From assembly GCA_965197585.1 (NCBI GenBank), contig OZ240215.1:2848001-2912000 (forward strand): DNA of 64,000 nucleotides, written 5' to 3'. The translations under genes were made by a program, and so were the position numbers. The notes under the pieces are model-generated. The model was not told where the DNA came from and did not search any database. It worked only from the letters and a program-made list of their open reading frames with translations. Below, piece after piece: positions 48,331-59,087 of the stretch (the first letter of the stretch is position 1; every line of letters begins with the position of its first letter). The DNA comes from Dehalococcoidia bacterium (GTDB lineage Bacteria > Chloroflexota > Dehalococcoidia > Plut-88900).

Positions 48331-49437
48331 TTAGACGGGCCTCTGGCCCAAATAGTTCAAGCCTGATATCAGGGTCCTGTGCACTTCGGAGGCGCCTAAA
48401 TATATGGATGCGGCAGCGGCCTCAAGGTAGATGTGCTGCACGAGCCTATTGGCGCCCTGCCCGTGCAACCCGATCGTGTTTATCGTCGTCTCCGCGACTC
48501 TCTGAAAAACCTCTGAACTGAAAAGTTTGGCGATGGATGTCTGACGCCTATTCTGGGCACTGTCGCGCCCAGGCCAAAGGCTGCGATAGGATAGCAGACG
48601 GGCAACTTCGATGTCCACAGAAGCCTCGGCCAGCCGATACCTCCGCCCTGCCCCACCCCCTCCCGACTCCAGGGCCAAATCAAGCATCCTCCTGGCCCAG
48701 CCGATGTGCTCGAAGCCGGGACGGGCCTCGATGAGGAACTCGTCCACAATGTCCCACCCCCGCCCCCGTTCCCCAAGGATAGCCGACTTCGGAACAACCA
48801 CATCGTCAAGAAAAATCTCGGCGAAGACTCGGCCCGTGGTGTACTCGACAGGGTTGAGGAATAGGCCGGGGGTCGACATGTCCAGCAGGAACCAGGTCAG
48901 CCCATCTCGCCCCGTCGAGGCTCTTTCCGTCCGGGCGAGCAGGTGGCACCACCCCGAGAGTTGGGCCCATTCGCCGTAGTCCTTCTGACCGGTCAGGACG
49001 AAGCTGCCGTCCCGCGCTACGGCTCGGGTCTTTATGTTGGCCAGGTCGCTGCCAGCGAGGGGCTCAGTGAAACCGACACACCACCATTCCCGGCCCTCGG
49101 CGAGGGGTCCAAGGTGGCGCTCTCGCTGTTCGGGGGTCCCGTGTCTCAGGAGGAGGGGCCCGGTCAGGTTGGTCCCGTGGTCGTTGGCCCGAGGCACGAG
49201 GTGGTAGGCCATCTCCTCCTGAAGTATCGCAGCCATGACCGGAGAAGCCGGGCCGTATGGCGGCTCCCAATTGAGGCTCAGCCACCCTCTCTCCCCCAAC
49301 CCTTCCCTCACGACTCGGGCGCGGGCCTGGTATTCCTCATCGTCGAGATGGATATCCCAGCCGCGCGTGACTTCTTGGAGGTAGGCGCGGGCCCCAGATT
49401 GGAAGGTGCGGGCCTCGGGGGTGGGGAGGAAGTTCAT
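48331..49437 (-). CDS. Acyl-CoA dehydrogenase (divergent)
   Basis: WCVGFTEPLAGSDLA; IYLGASEVHR. Confidence 0.9.
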   Translation of the reverse strand: MNFLPTPEARTFQSGARAYLQEVTRGWDIHLDDEEYQARARVVREGLGERGWLSLNWEPPYGPASPVMAAILQEEMAYHLVPRANDHGTNLTGPLLLRHGTPEQRERHLGPLAEGREWWCVGFTEPLAGSDLANIKTRAVARDGSFVLTGQKDYGEWAQLSGWCHLLARTERASTGRDGLTWFLLDMSTPGLFLNPVEYTTGRVFAEIFLDDVVVPKSAILGERGRGWDIVDEFLIEARPGFEHIGWARRMLDLALESGGGGAGRRYRLAEASVDIEVARLLSYRSLWPGRDSAQNRRQTSIAKLFSSEVFQRVAETTINTIGLHGQGANRLVQHIYLEAAAASIYLGASEVHRTLISGLNYLGQRPV

Positions 49438-49517
49438 GGGAGTATAACGAGACTTGGCAGGCCTTAATCAAGCCTCGGGCGTATGACTAAGGAAAGCACG
49501 TCATTAATTGTCATTCC

Positions 49518-50573
49518 TGTGGATGTCAGGTAATTCGTTGACAGAATTAGGTGGATTTAAGGGTCTCCAAAGGGGTCTTTCCGTCCATTGCCTGGTGGGG
49601 TCTCTGAGTATTGTAGTAGATCAGGTATTGCTGAAGCTCGTCCTTCAGTTCCGAGACCGATTCGAAGGTTGTCCCCTCCAGCAGGTCCTCGTTCAAGGTT
49701 CTCCAGAACCGCTCTATCTTCCCGTTGGTCTGGGGCCTATAAGGGCGGGTGTAGCGGTGCTTTATGCCCAGCTCATTGAGCATCCGTTCCATGGGGTGGC
49801 CCTCGGTGTTCCTTGGGGAGGCCATCTCGGGGCCGTTGTCGGTGAGGATGGCCTCGAATTGGATGCCGTACTCCACGTTAAGGAAATTGATGGACTTCAG
49901 AGTAGCAAACATAACGGAGAGACTCTTGATGTCTCCGACCACTTCGGCCCAGGCCAGACGGGTGTAGGCGTCGATGAGGCCCACCAGGTAGTAGCGGTGC
50001 TTGGTGCCCACGATGGTATCCCGGCTGAGGTAGTGGCTGTCCAGGTGGCCCAGCTCTCCTGCCCGGGTCTTGATGATCTTGCGCTTCGACTGCTGCATCG
50101 GCTTTGTGAGCCTATTGAAACCGTGGCGTCTGGTGATGGCGTAGATGGTGGAGGGCTTAGGGGTGTTGTGTTTAAGGATGGGTTTGAGTATGGCATAGAT
50201 CTCGTAACGGTTGGTACCGTTAAGGCGCTCGTTGATGACCTTCTGCTCAATGTAGGGCAGGGTGCGGCGGGACTTCCACCCGGGACCCCGCTTACGGGGG
50301 AGGAAGGCGTTGTCGGAGGGGGAAAGGAGGAACCGGTTGTAGTACTTGGCGAAGGTCTGACGGCTAGTGCCGTGGAAGGAGTAGAAGTCCTGGGCGAAGC
50401 GGAAACGGGGATGCTTCCCTGCCTTGACCAGTTGATACTCATGGATGAGGAACCGCCACTTCTGAATGTAGTTCCGCTCAAGGGTGAGGTCCTTGCTATT
50501 GTCTCGCATTCTCGCCTCCAGATTGGTGTTGGCCTCTTATACCAATCTGTCAACGAATTACCTAACACTTACA
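49518..50573 (-). mobile_element. IS481-family insertion sequence inserted in a family-B REP
   Basis: 28-bp imperfect TIRs starting TGT (tgtggatgtcaggtaattcgttgacaga / tgtaagtgttaggtaattcgttgacaga); 5-bp TSD ATTCC at 49513-49517 and 50574-50578. Confidence 0.9.
49547..50509 (-). CDS. IS481-family DDE transposase (rve core)
   Basis: GELGHLD, LTDNGPE, TRPYRPQTNGKIERF, YYNTQRPHQ. Confidence 0.93.
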   Translation of the reverse strand: MRDNSKDLTLERNYIQKWRFLIHEYQLVKAGKHPRFRFAQDFYSFHGTSRQTFAKYYNRFLLSPSDNAFLPRKRGPGWKSRRTLPYIEQKVINERLNGTNRYEIYAILKPILKHNTPKPSTIYAITRRHGFNRLTKPMQQSKRKIIKTRAGELGHLDSHYLSRDTIVGTKHRYYLVGLIDAYTRLAWAEVVGDIKSLSVMFATLKSINFLNVEYGIQFEAILTDNGPEMASPRNTEGHPMERMLNELGIKHRYTRPYRPQTNGKIERFWRTLNEDLLEGTTFESVSELKDELQQYLIYYNTQRPHQAMDGKTPLETLKST

Positions 50574-50607
50574 ATTCCGAGGCTCCGCGAGGAATCTAAC
50601 GCGTCGG

Positions 50608-50916
50608 TTAGCAACTCTCATACCAACCCGATGACAGGTCTTTCCATTCCGGATTCATCACATCAACCAACTCCACCTTCTTCTCTCGACGCCATGCTTT
50701 TATCTGCTTTTCCCGAAATATCGCCTCTCTGATGTCGCCGGTCTGTTCGTAATAGACAAGCCATTCTACGTTGTACTTCTTTGTGAACCCTTCAATCCGT
50801 TTCTGCTTGTGTTGATAGACCCTTCTAACCAAATCGTTAGTGACTCCAACGTAGAGGGTCCTGGTCGCGTTGGAGAGGATGTAGACGTAGTATTCCGGAT
50901 GTGGCTTTCTGGGCAA
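50608..50916 (-). CDS. Small GIY-YIG nuclease, REP-flanked
   Basis: YYVYILSN..TLYVGVTNDLVRRVYQHK..LVYYE..AIFREKQIKAWRREKK; TTG start at 50916. Confidence 0.9.
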   Translation of the reverse strand: MPRKPHPEYYVYILSNATRTLYVGVTNDLVRRVYQHKQKRIEGFTKKYNVEWLVYYEQTGDIREAIFREKQIKAWRREKKVELVDVMNPEWKDLSSGWYESC

Positions 50917-50921
50917 GCGCT

Positions 50922-52033
<1,112 letters not shown>

Positions 52034-52104
52034 ATTCCTCGCGGGGCCTCGGAATGACATGTAATAACGGAGGTGGGCATGGAGGGATGTGAGTGCGGAG
52101 AGGT

Positions 52105-52143
52105 GATGTAGACGTAGTATTCCGAGTGTGGCTTTCTGGGCAT
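52105..52143 (-). pseudogene. Duplicated 5' fragment of the GIY-YIG gene with its REP
   Basis: MPRKPHSEYYVYI versus LPRKPHPEYYVYI. Confidence 0.85.
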
Positions 52144-52327
52144 TCGCTTTAGATTCCTCGCGGAGCCTCGGAATGACACACAAGGGGGTCGGTATGCGAG
52201 GAGAAATGTGGACTATGAAAGCGCGCGGAGACGGTAGAGAAGCCTGTTTCCGCATTCAAAACCAGGGCTTGCGGTTTTTGACGTAGGTCTCTTCGAATTC
52301 GAGGTGACGCCCCCCGTCGGATTTTCC

Positions 52328-53503
52328 CTACGTCCCCCGAGGCAGCCCCAGCCCCCGACGCGCGATGATCCCTCTCTGAACTTCCGATGTGCCCGAGTAG
52401 ATGGCTCCGGCGACGACGTTCAGGTAGAAGTCCGGGATGACACCTTCCATCGGAGCGTGTTTGGAGCCCTCGGTAAGCTGGCTCCCGAGACCCAGGATGT
52501 GCGTGAAGGTGTTCGCCACCCGGATCCACATCTCGGAGCCGTACAGTTTGCCTATCGAGGCCTCGTGGTTGGGGACCAGGCCCGCACCCTGCATCCATGC
52601 GATGCGGTAGCACAGGAGCCGGCTCACTTCGATGTCGATGGCGCACTCGGCCAGTTTGCCCTGCACACCCGGCTCTTCGATCAGGGTCTTGCCGTTGACC
52701 TTCGTTTCCTGGGCGTAGCGTGTCACGTCTTCCAATACTTTCCGGGCCCGGCCCGGGTACTCGATGCCCGACCTCTCAAAGTCCAACGCCGCCATCGCCG
52801 CGTACCAGCCCCGGTTCTTTTCGCCAAGCATGTTCTTTTTCGGGACGCGGACGTTGTCGAAGGTAACCTCGTTGAAGTGGTGCTGGCCCGCCATGGTGAT
52901 CAGGGGGCGTATGGATATGCCCGGCGTGGCCATGTCCAGCAGGAAGTAGGTGATGCCCCGGTGCTTCGGGGCGTCGGGGTCGGTGCGGGTGAGGATGTGC
53001 ATCCAGTTAGCCAGGTGGGCGAAGCTCGTCCAGATCTTGCGGCCGTTGATTACATAGTCGTCGCCATCCTCAACAGCGCGGGTCTGCAGGCCGGCGAGGT
53101 CCGACCCCGCCTCGGGCTCGCTGAATCCCTGGCACCAGAAGGCGTCGCCTTTGGATATGCGGGTCAGGTGCTCTTTTTTCTGCTCCTCGGTCCCGTGGAT
53201 GATGATGGTCGGGCCTATGAAGTCGATGCCCTGGTCCTCGACCTTCTGGGCGCCACGGTGGCTGACCATCTCCTTGAAGATAAGCTGCATCACCGGCGTG
53301 GCCGCCTGACCGCCGTACTCCTTGGGCCAGGCCATGGTGCGCCAACCCTTATCGCCGAACTTGCGGCGCATCTCCATCTCCTGCCTGCCGACGGCATAGA
53401 TGTCGGGCTGAGGGTCGTCCCAGCCTTCGGGCATCTCGTTTTCCAGGAAGCCAGCGAGCTCTTTCTGAAAGGCTATTTCCTCGGTGGTGAGTGCGAAATC
53501 CAT
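52328..53503 (-). CDS. Acyl-CoA dehydrogenase, FadE26/FadE29-like
   Basis: Start MDFALTTEE with RBS AAGGAG; WCQGFSEPEAGSDLA; IYSGTSEVQR. Confidence 0.95.
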   Translation of the reverse strand: MDFALTTEEIAFQKELAGFLENEMPEGWDDPQPDIYAVGRQEMEMRRKFGDKGWRTMAWPKEYGGQAATPVMQLIFKEMVSHRGAQKVEDQGIDFIGPTIIIHGTEEQKKEHLTRISKGDAFWCQGFSEPEAGSDLAGLQTRAVEDGDDYVINGRKIWTSFAHLANWMHILTRTDPDAPKHRGITYFLLDMATPGISIRPLITMAGQHHFNEVTFDNVRVPKKNMLGEKNRGWYAAMAALDFERSGIEYPGRARKVLEDVTRYAQETKVNGKTLIEEPGVQGKLAECAIDIEVSRLLCYRIAWMQGAGLVPNHEASIGKLYGSEMWIRVANTFTHILGLGSQLTEGSKHAPMEGVIPDFYLNVVAGAIYSGTSEVQRGIIARRGLGLPRGT

Positions 53504-53721
53504 GACGGCTCCTTTACGTCGGGCCCCGCGGCCCGAGAACGGACTACTAAATAACGGTGCTTCACCCGCAATTCTATGCGGAAGGGGTGGGGTGGGGCAA
53601 ACGGGGGGGGTGGGGTGGGGCAAACGGGGGGGGAGGGGGGGATTATTGACAGACGGAACAGCGATTACGTAGTCTGAACGCTCGTATGTGCACCATGCCG
53701 AGGGCTTGGGAGGACTAAGAG

Positions 53722-53928
53722 ATGAAACTGAACGTAACTATCGACCGAGATGAAGACGGTGTCTGGATTGTCGAGTGCCCGTCGATTCCGGGTTGCGTGA
53801 GCCAGGGCGCTACGAAAGATGAAGCGCTGGTTAATATACGCGAGGCCATAGCCCTCTGCATGGAAGTGCGCGCCGAGCAGGGGTTGCCGTTGACCATAGA
53901 GACACAGCAGGTGGAAGTGGCGTTGTAA
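53722..53928 (+). CDS. HicB-family antitoxin
   Basis: ECPSIPGCVSQGATKDEAL. Confidence 0.9.
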   Translation: MKLNVTIDRDEDGVWIVECPSIPGCVSQGATKDEALVNIREAIALCMEVRAEQGLPLTIETQQVEVAL

Positions 53929-54011
53929 TGCCCCGCCTGCCGGTCCTGAGCGGCGAGGCTACGGTGCGGAATTTTGAACGCTTCGGCTGGATCGTGGCTC
54001 GGCAGCGGGGC
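53928..54011 (+). pseudogene. Truncated HicA toxin
   Basis: MPRLPVLSGEATVRNFERFGWIVARQRG, cut just before the GSH motif where the Vsr gene ends. Confidence 0.75.
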
Positions 54012-54016
54012 GCTCT

Positions 54017-54472
54017 TTATTGAGTTTCTGTTACGCCCTGCAGCAATAGCTGTGATTGTTTAGGGTCACGTTTCGACTCAACAAGTGCTTCGTCTAGAAA
54101 GCTTTTGAGCCTATCCTCTAAATCAAGCCCACGTTCTATTTCACACTCCCAAACGATCAGCGTTTCCCATCCTGCCTCGCTAAGTGCCTTCAAGTTTTTC
54201 AGGTCACGTGCCATATTCCGTTGAAGTTTAGGTTGCCAGTATTCGATATTCGACTTGGGAGTGTGTGCTTTTTGGCAATTGTGAACATGCCAGAAGCATC
54301 CATGCACGAAAATGACTTTTCGGCGGGAACCGAATACTAAATCAGGTTTTCCGGGCAGGTCCTTCTTATGTATCCGAAACCGGTAACCTAGCCTGTGCAC
54401 AAGACTTCGCACCGAGAGTTCGGGCTTCATGTCCTTACTTCGGATCGCCCGCATGTTGGCACTACGGTCCAT
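54017..54472 (-). CDS. vsr: Very short patch repair endonuclease
   Basis: RSANMRAIRSKDMKPE, LPGKPD, FVHGCFWH, VWECE. Confidence 0.95.
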   Translation of the reverse strand: MDRSANMRAIRSKDMKPELSVRSLVHRLGYRFRIHKKDLPGKPDLVFGSRRKVIFVHGCFWHVHNCQKAHTPKSNIEYWQPKLQRNMARDLKNLKALSEAGWETLIVWECEIERGLDLEDRLKSFLDEALVESKRDPKQSQLLLQGVTETQ

Positions 54473-54479
54473 CAGGCTG

Positions 54480-55055
54480 TCATGACTCCAACTTCTGCTT
54501 TAACCACTCAAGAGCAGCCTTCTGGTCATCGATTTTAGCCCGGCGAATCTGGGACAGAAGCCAGATCCGAGTCGGCGGTTCCTGCACCAGATTCTTGGCC
54601 CCTTGATTACAAGCACTGCACAACGCGCGAAGGTTTCCCAGTTCATCCAAGCCGCCGTGGCTCCGGTCAATAATGTGCCCGATGTGGAGGCGCACGTTGC
54701 GGCCAGGGTTTTGGTCGTCCGGTTCACCTGCGCCCGCGCCGCACATTTGGCACGTGTAACCATTCCGTTCAAGCACTTGAGCACGAATCCTGTGTGAAAC
54801 AGGCTTCTCGAACTTGTAGACACCTTCCGGGGGCGGATCACTTGCCAAGATGTACTCTCCTGGCTTTAGCGACGAAAGGTCGTTGTGTGTCTTGATATCC
54901 CAGCCTTCGGAGCGTAGGTCACGGATACGGCGCGCCCACTCGGCAGCACCGCCTGATGCTTCTTGCAGTTCCCGTGACCCCAACACCTTGCCGACGCGAG
55001 ACCGGAAGTATGCGGTGAGCTTCGCCTTTGAACCTATTCGCTTCCGTTGAGGCAA
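54480..55055 (-). CDS. HNH endonuclease with N-terminal wHTH, probable restriction partner
   Basis: EWARRIRDLR; CQMCG..LHIGHIIDRSHGG..NLRALCSACNQG. Confidence 0.85.
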   Translation of the reverse strand: MPQRKRIGSKAKLTAYFRSRVGKVLGSRELQEASGGAAEWARRIRDLRSEGWDIKTHNDLSSLKPGEYILASDPPPEGVYKFEKPVSHRIRAQVLERNGYTCQMCGAGAGEPDDQNPGRNVRLHIGHIIDRSHGGLDELGNLRALCSACNQGAKNLVQEPPTRIWLLSQIRRAKIDDQKAALEWLKQKLES

Positions 55056-55963
55056 TGAGATACTCGTTGGGCAACGGCATACGCCAATCGCGGCGGAAGA
55101 GCATTGCCGATCTGGCGATAGCGGTGTGTCTTGGTACCAGCCAGCTTCCAGTCGTCAGGAAACGTTTGAAGCCGCGCTGTCATTTCCACCGTCAGCCTAG
55201 GTAAACCTTGGAACCCGGGAGGAGGCGGGGCGTCTGCCAATCCAAGGCCGTCCACCCCAAGCTTGGCCCACTGCTTACGGGCACGGGTAGGTCCCAAATC
55301 CGGCCCTCCATGCTTTTTGGAACCGCCAACTAATGTAGGTGCCGGTTGACTGGCTTTCTGGGCCCACGCATCTGCGTAGTGCCATCCATTTGAGGCCATC
55401 AGGTCTCCGATGGCCTCTCCCACTGTGCGGATGTTGAAGTCAGGTGCAGGCCAAGAGAAAGCTACATCCCTACGGAATGATACTAGGAAAGTACGCTTAC
55501 GAAACTGGGGCACATCGTAATTTACAGCGTCTAAGAGGATCCATTGAGCCGCTCCAAATCCGAGCTGTGTAAGCTCTTTCGCGATGAGTTCGCGGTAGTC
55601 ATTGAACCGATTCGATAGTAATCCACGAACATTTTCAACTATCACCGCTCGGGGTTGGGTCTGGGAAAGAATCTCAAACAATGATGGAAACAGATCGCGC
55701 TCGTCATGCATACCAAGCTGCTTGCCTGCTATTGAGAATGGTGGACAGGGAAGCCCCGCCGCCACCACGTCCACCCCGTGCCAATACGATGCGTCAAATC
55801 GTTCTAGATCAGCCTCAATCACATTCCAGTAAGGGCGATTCATACGGAGTGTCGCACAAGCGTGCGAGTCGTTGTCGACAAGTCCCACATGCTCGAAACC
55901 AGCCGTCTCAAACCCGATTGCCTGCCCACCCGCCCCAGCACAAAGTTCTAAAACGGTAAGCAT
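55034..55963 (-). CDS. C5-cytosine DNA methyltransferase, M.NaeI-like
   Basis: LCAGAGG, PCPPFSIAGKQLG, ENVRG, APTLVGGSKKHGGPDLGPTRA, YRQIGNA. Confidence 0.92.
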   Translation of the reverse strand: MLTVLELCAGAGGQAIGFETAGFEHVGLVDNDSHACATLRMNRPYWNVIEADLERFDASYWHGVDVVAAGLPCPPFSIAGKQLGMHDERDLFPSLFEILSQTQPRAVIVENVRGLLSNRFNDYRELIAKELTQLGFGAAQWILLDAVNYDVPQFRKRTFLVSFRRDVAFSWPAPDFNIRTVGEAIGDLMASNGWHYADAWAQKASQPAPTLVGGSKKHGGPDLGPTRARKQWAKLGVDGLGLADAPPPPGFQGLPRLTVEMTARLQTFPDDWKLAGTKTHRYRQIGNALPPRLAYAVAQRVSHCLNGSE

Positions 55964-56226
55964 CTATTTTCCAGTAGAGAATTCATCGAAAAGATCACAT
56001 TGTCCTTAATTACGCCGCCGCTTACCGTAGGTCTCGCCCTCACATCGCTAAACATCTGGACATTCATCTACATGTCGAAACACGCCCAAACCAGACTGCT
56101 TCTCGGTGCTTGCTCCCTGCTCGTCCTTTATGACAGATTCTATCGGAGCTCTTTCGAACATTCAAGCGAGTTTGAGCTTACCTGACAGGTGGATGTCAAG
56201 ATAATGCAAGTACTTTATATCACCCC

Positions 56227-57405
56227 CTAAGCCCCCCTCGGAAGCCCGAGGCCCCTTGTTGCGACTACGTTGCGCTGGATCTCCTGGGAGCCCGACTCTA
56301 TAGTGTAGGGCACCGAGAACAGGTACTGGTTCGATATGAAGCCCTGGATCTCGGCGTATTTGGAGCCCTTCTCCAGCTGACCCTTCAGACCCATCACTTC
56401 CATCCCCACGCGGGCCAGTTTCTGAGACGTCTGGGTGCTTATCAGCCTGAGTAACGAGGCCTCCATGTTGGGCACCATGCCCTCGCCCTGCATCCAGGCG
56501 ATGCGATAGGCCATCATCCGGGAAGTCTCCAGGGACACCGCCACGTCGGCGAGCTTGTGTCGGATCCGGGGGTCGGCGGCTAAGGGCTTGCCGTTGTGGC
56601 TCGTTTCTTTGGCGTACTGAATTAGAAGGTCGAGTATGCGCTTGCCCCCGGCTGGGTGGTTTATCCCGGTCCTTTCGAAGTCCAACAGGGTCATAGCCAC
56701 ATACCAGCCCCGGTTCACCTCGCCGAGCACGTTCTGCTTCGGAATCCGGACGTTGTCGAAGAACTCCTCGTTGAAGGAACTCTCGCCGCTCATCTCCTGG
56801 ATGGGCCGCACGGTGATGCCGGGGGTGTCCATGTCCAGAAGGAGGAAGGTTATGCCCCGATGCTTCACGGCGCTGGTGTCCGTGCGGGCGAGAAGGAACA
56901 TGTGGTCGGCGTACTGCGCGTAGCTCGACCATATCTTCTGTCCGTTGATCACGTATTCATCACCGTCTTCCACAGCGCGGGTCTGCAGCGACGCAAGGTC
57001 GGACCCCGAGCCCGGCTCGCTGAACCCCTGGCACCACACCACCTCGCCCCTGGCTATGTCGCCGAGGTAGGCCCTCTTCTGCTCCTACGTGCCGTGGACC
57101 ATGAGGGTCGGGCCCAGGAGGTTGAGGCCGAAGGAGTCGAGGCCCGGGGCGCCGCGGTATTCCCACTCCTCATTAAAAATGAGCTGGGTCATGGGAGATG
57201 CGCCCTGGCCGCCGTACTCCTTGGGCCAGCCAATGGTGTTCCAGCCCTTTTCGGCCAGCATCTTCCGCCACTTCATCTCCGTGGCATGATCGACGTTGGC
57301 GAAGGATATGGGGCCGCCAATCCAGTCGGAGGGCAGCTCCTTGTCGAGGAAGTCTCTTATCTCCTGGCGAAAGGCAACTTGTTCTTCAGTCAGGTGCAAG
57401 TCCAT
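56227..57405 (-). pseudogene. Acyl-CoA dehydrogenase with in-frame TAG at 57085-57087
   Basis: MDLHLTEEQ...VHGT*EQKRAYL...WCQGFSEPG; paralogues read HGTEEQK. Confidence 0.9.
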
Positions 57406-57434
57406 GTTTTCTCTCCTTGTGTGGCGGGAATAAC

Positions 57435-58580
57435 CTAGAGATTGTAAAGCCGGATGGCGTTTTCTCCCAGTACCTTGGCCTGGTCGGGCTCCGGGAGGGG
57501 GCTGAGGGTCTGCCTGATCGTATTCACGGGGTCTGAGTGGCCTTCCGAGTGGGGATAGTCCGACGCCCATACGAACCGGTCGGCCTGGAGCCTTTCGATC
57601 ATTGGCAGCGCCAGGTCCTCGTCGGGGTCCATGGAGATCCAGCACTGGTTTCGGAAATACTCGCTGGGCATGAGCTTCATGGGAGTGGTGAAGTGGAACT
57701 GCTCGGATGTGTGGTCCATCCGCTCCAGCCACCAGGCTATCCAGCCGCAGCCGCTCTCCAGAACCGCCACCTTGAGGTCCGGGAACCGATCAAAGACTCC
57801 GCCTTCGAACAGGGTGGTGAAGGCAATCATCACGTTTCCGGGCGCCATGACGTTGGTGAACCACCAAGGGGTAGGCGGGTAGTCCGGCGACTCTGGGATG
57901 GGGTAGAGGTGGCTGCCGGGAAAGCTGGGGTCGCCGACAACGTGCAGGCCGATGGGGATCCCCCGGCCCTGGGCCTCGGCCCAGAAGGGGTCGAAGTAGA
58001 CGTCGCCGTAGGGTCGGCCGTTCACAGAGTTCGCGCTCAGCATCATACCCTTTGCCCCAAGACCCCCTGCCCGAGCCAGTTCGGAAACCGCTCCCTCCAC
58101 CTCGATCATGGAAATCATGGCCACGGGTATCAATCGCTGGGGGTAGGGTCGGCAAAAGTCGAACAGCCAGTCGTTGTAGGCCCGGCAGTAGGCCTCGGCG
58201 ACGTCTGCCTGCCGGCACTCGGCCTGCCAGCTAAGTCCAAGCGAGGGATACAGGACCGCCACGTCTATGCCGTCCTCGTCCAGCACCTTGATCCGCTCGT
58301 GGGGGTCCACGGCACCCTGCACGATGCCCTCTTCATAGGTAACCATTCCCGGAGTGAGGAGGGGGACCAGGTCCTGGTCGATGGAGCAGATCCGGCCCAG
58401 GGTGCCGCCCTGAAGGAGCAGTCCAACCGGCTTTTGCCCGTTAACCGAAAGGTATTCCAGGCCCTGGTCGTCCTTCGTCAACCGCATGGCCAGATGACGG
58501 TACTCGGGATCGATGTGCCGCTCCCAGAGGTCCGAGGGCTCGGTCACGTGGGCGTCGGCGTCTACTATCGTGGTATTCAC
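57435..58580 (-). CDS. Amidohydrolase_2 family protein
   Basis: VDADAHV, LHV, VLESGCGW, WASDYPH, GENAIRLY. Confidence 0.92.
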   Translation of the reverse strand: MNTTIVDADAHVTEPSDLWERHIDPEYRHLAMRLTKDDQGLEYLSVNGQKPVGLLLQGGTLGRICSIDQDLVPLLTPGMVTYEEGIVQGAVDPHERIKVLDEDGIDVAVLYPSLGLSWQAECRQADVAEAYCRAYNDWLFDFCRPYPQRLIPVAMISMIEVEGAVSELARAGGLGAKGMMLSANSVNGRPYGDVYFDPFWAEAQGRGIPIGLHVVGDPSFPGSHLYPIPESPDYPPTPWWFTNVMAPGNVMIAFTTLFEGGVFDRFPDLKVAVLESGCGWIAWWLERMDHTSEQFHFTTPMKLMPSEYFRNQCWISMDPDEDLALPMIERLQADRFVWASDYPHSEGHSDPVNTIRQTLSPLPEPDQAKVLGENAIRLYNL

Positions 58581-58669
58581 ACCTTTGACCTGTATATCGA
58601 CAACATATGGCTCGACGCACCGGCGAAGTGGCCGGTCCGTGAAGCGGCGGACAGCGGTCCGCGCGTTCG

Positions 58670-58909
58670 CTAGGGCAAGGACACTGCGAGACAGGTCACG
58701 GTCTTGACGACACTGCCGACGGCGTGGACCTTGTTGGTAACCAGCTCGCCTATGGTGTTGACGTCCTCGGCTTCCAGGACGACTATCACGTCGTATGGCC
58801 CGACCACGGCATCCACTGACGTCACACCAGTGACATTCCTCAGGTTTTTGACGACGGTGTTGGTGGTTCCGACTGCAGTCTCGATGAGAACGAAGGCCTT
58901 ATTTGCCAT
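58670..58909 (-). CDS. Stand-alone Lrp/AsnC ligand-binding-domain protein
   Basis: MANKAFVLIE...VVGPYDVIV...VVKTVTC. Confidence 0.85.
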   Translation of the reverse strand: MANKAFVLIETAVGTTNTVVKNLRNVTGVTSVDAVVGPYDVIVVLEAEDVNTIGELVTNKVHAVGSVVKTVTCLAVSLP

Positions 58910-59087
58910 TTGCCCCTCCCCTTGGGCTCGGGGCCAGCGCCCCTGTAGGTGTCCGCATTCTATTCCGTACGGAAAAATGGTGTCAAACGGCGCTTGTCCG
59001 GTCACCATCCACACCTGTGCTCAAAGTTGCAGACAGCCCTCGCACGTGAGGCTAAGAATTCGGTAGAGGAATACGCAAGGGCTTATA

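Noticed and set aside
57085-57087. Pyrrolysine or programmed amber readthrough
   Set aside because: Non-catalytic position, one-base change from GAG, and no pyl genes in the window.
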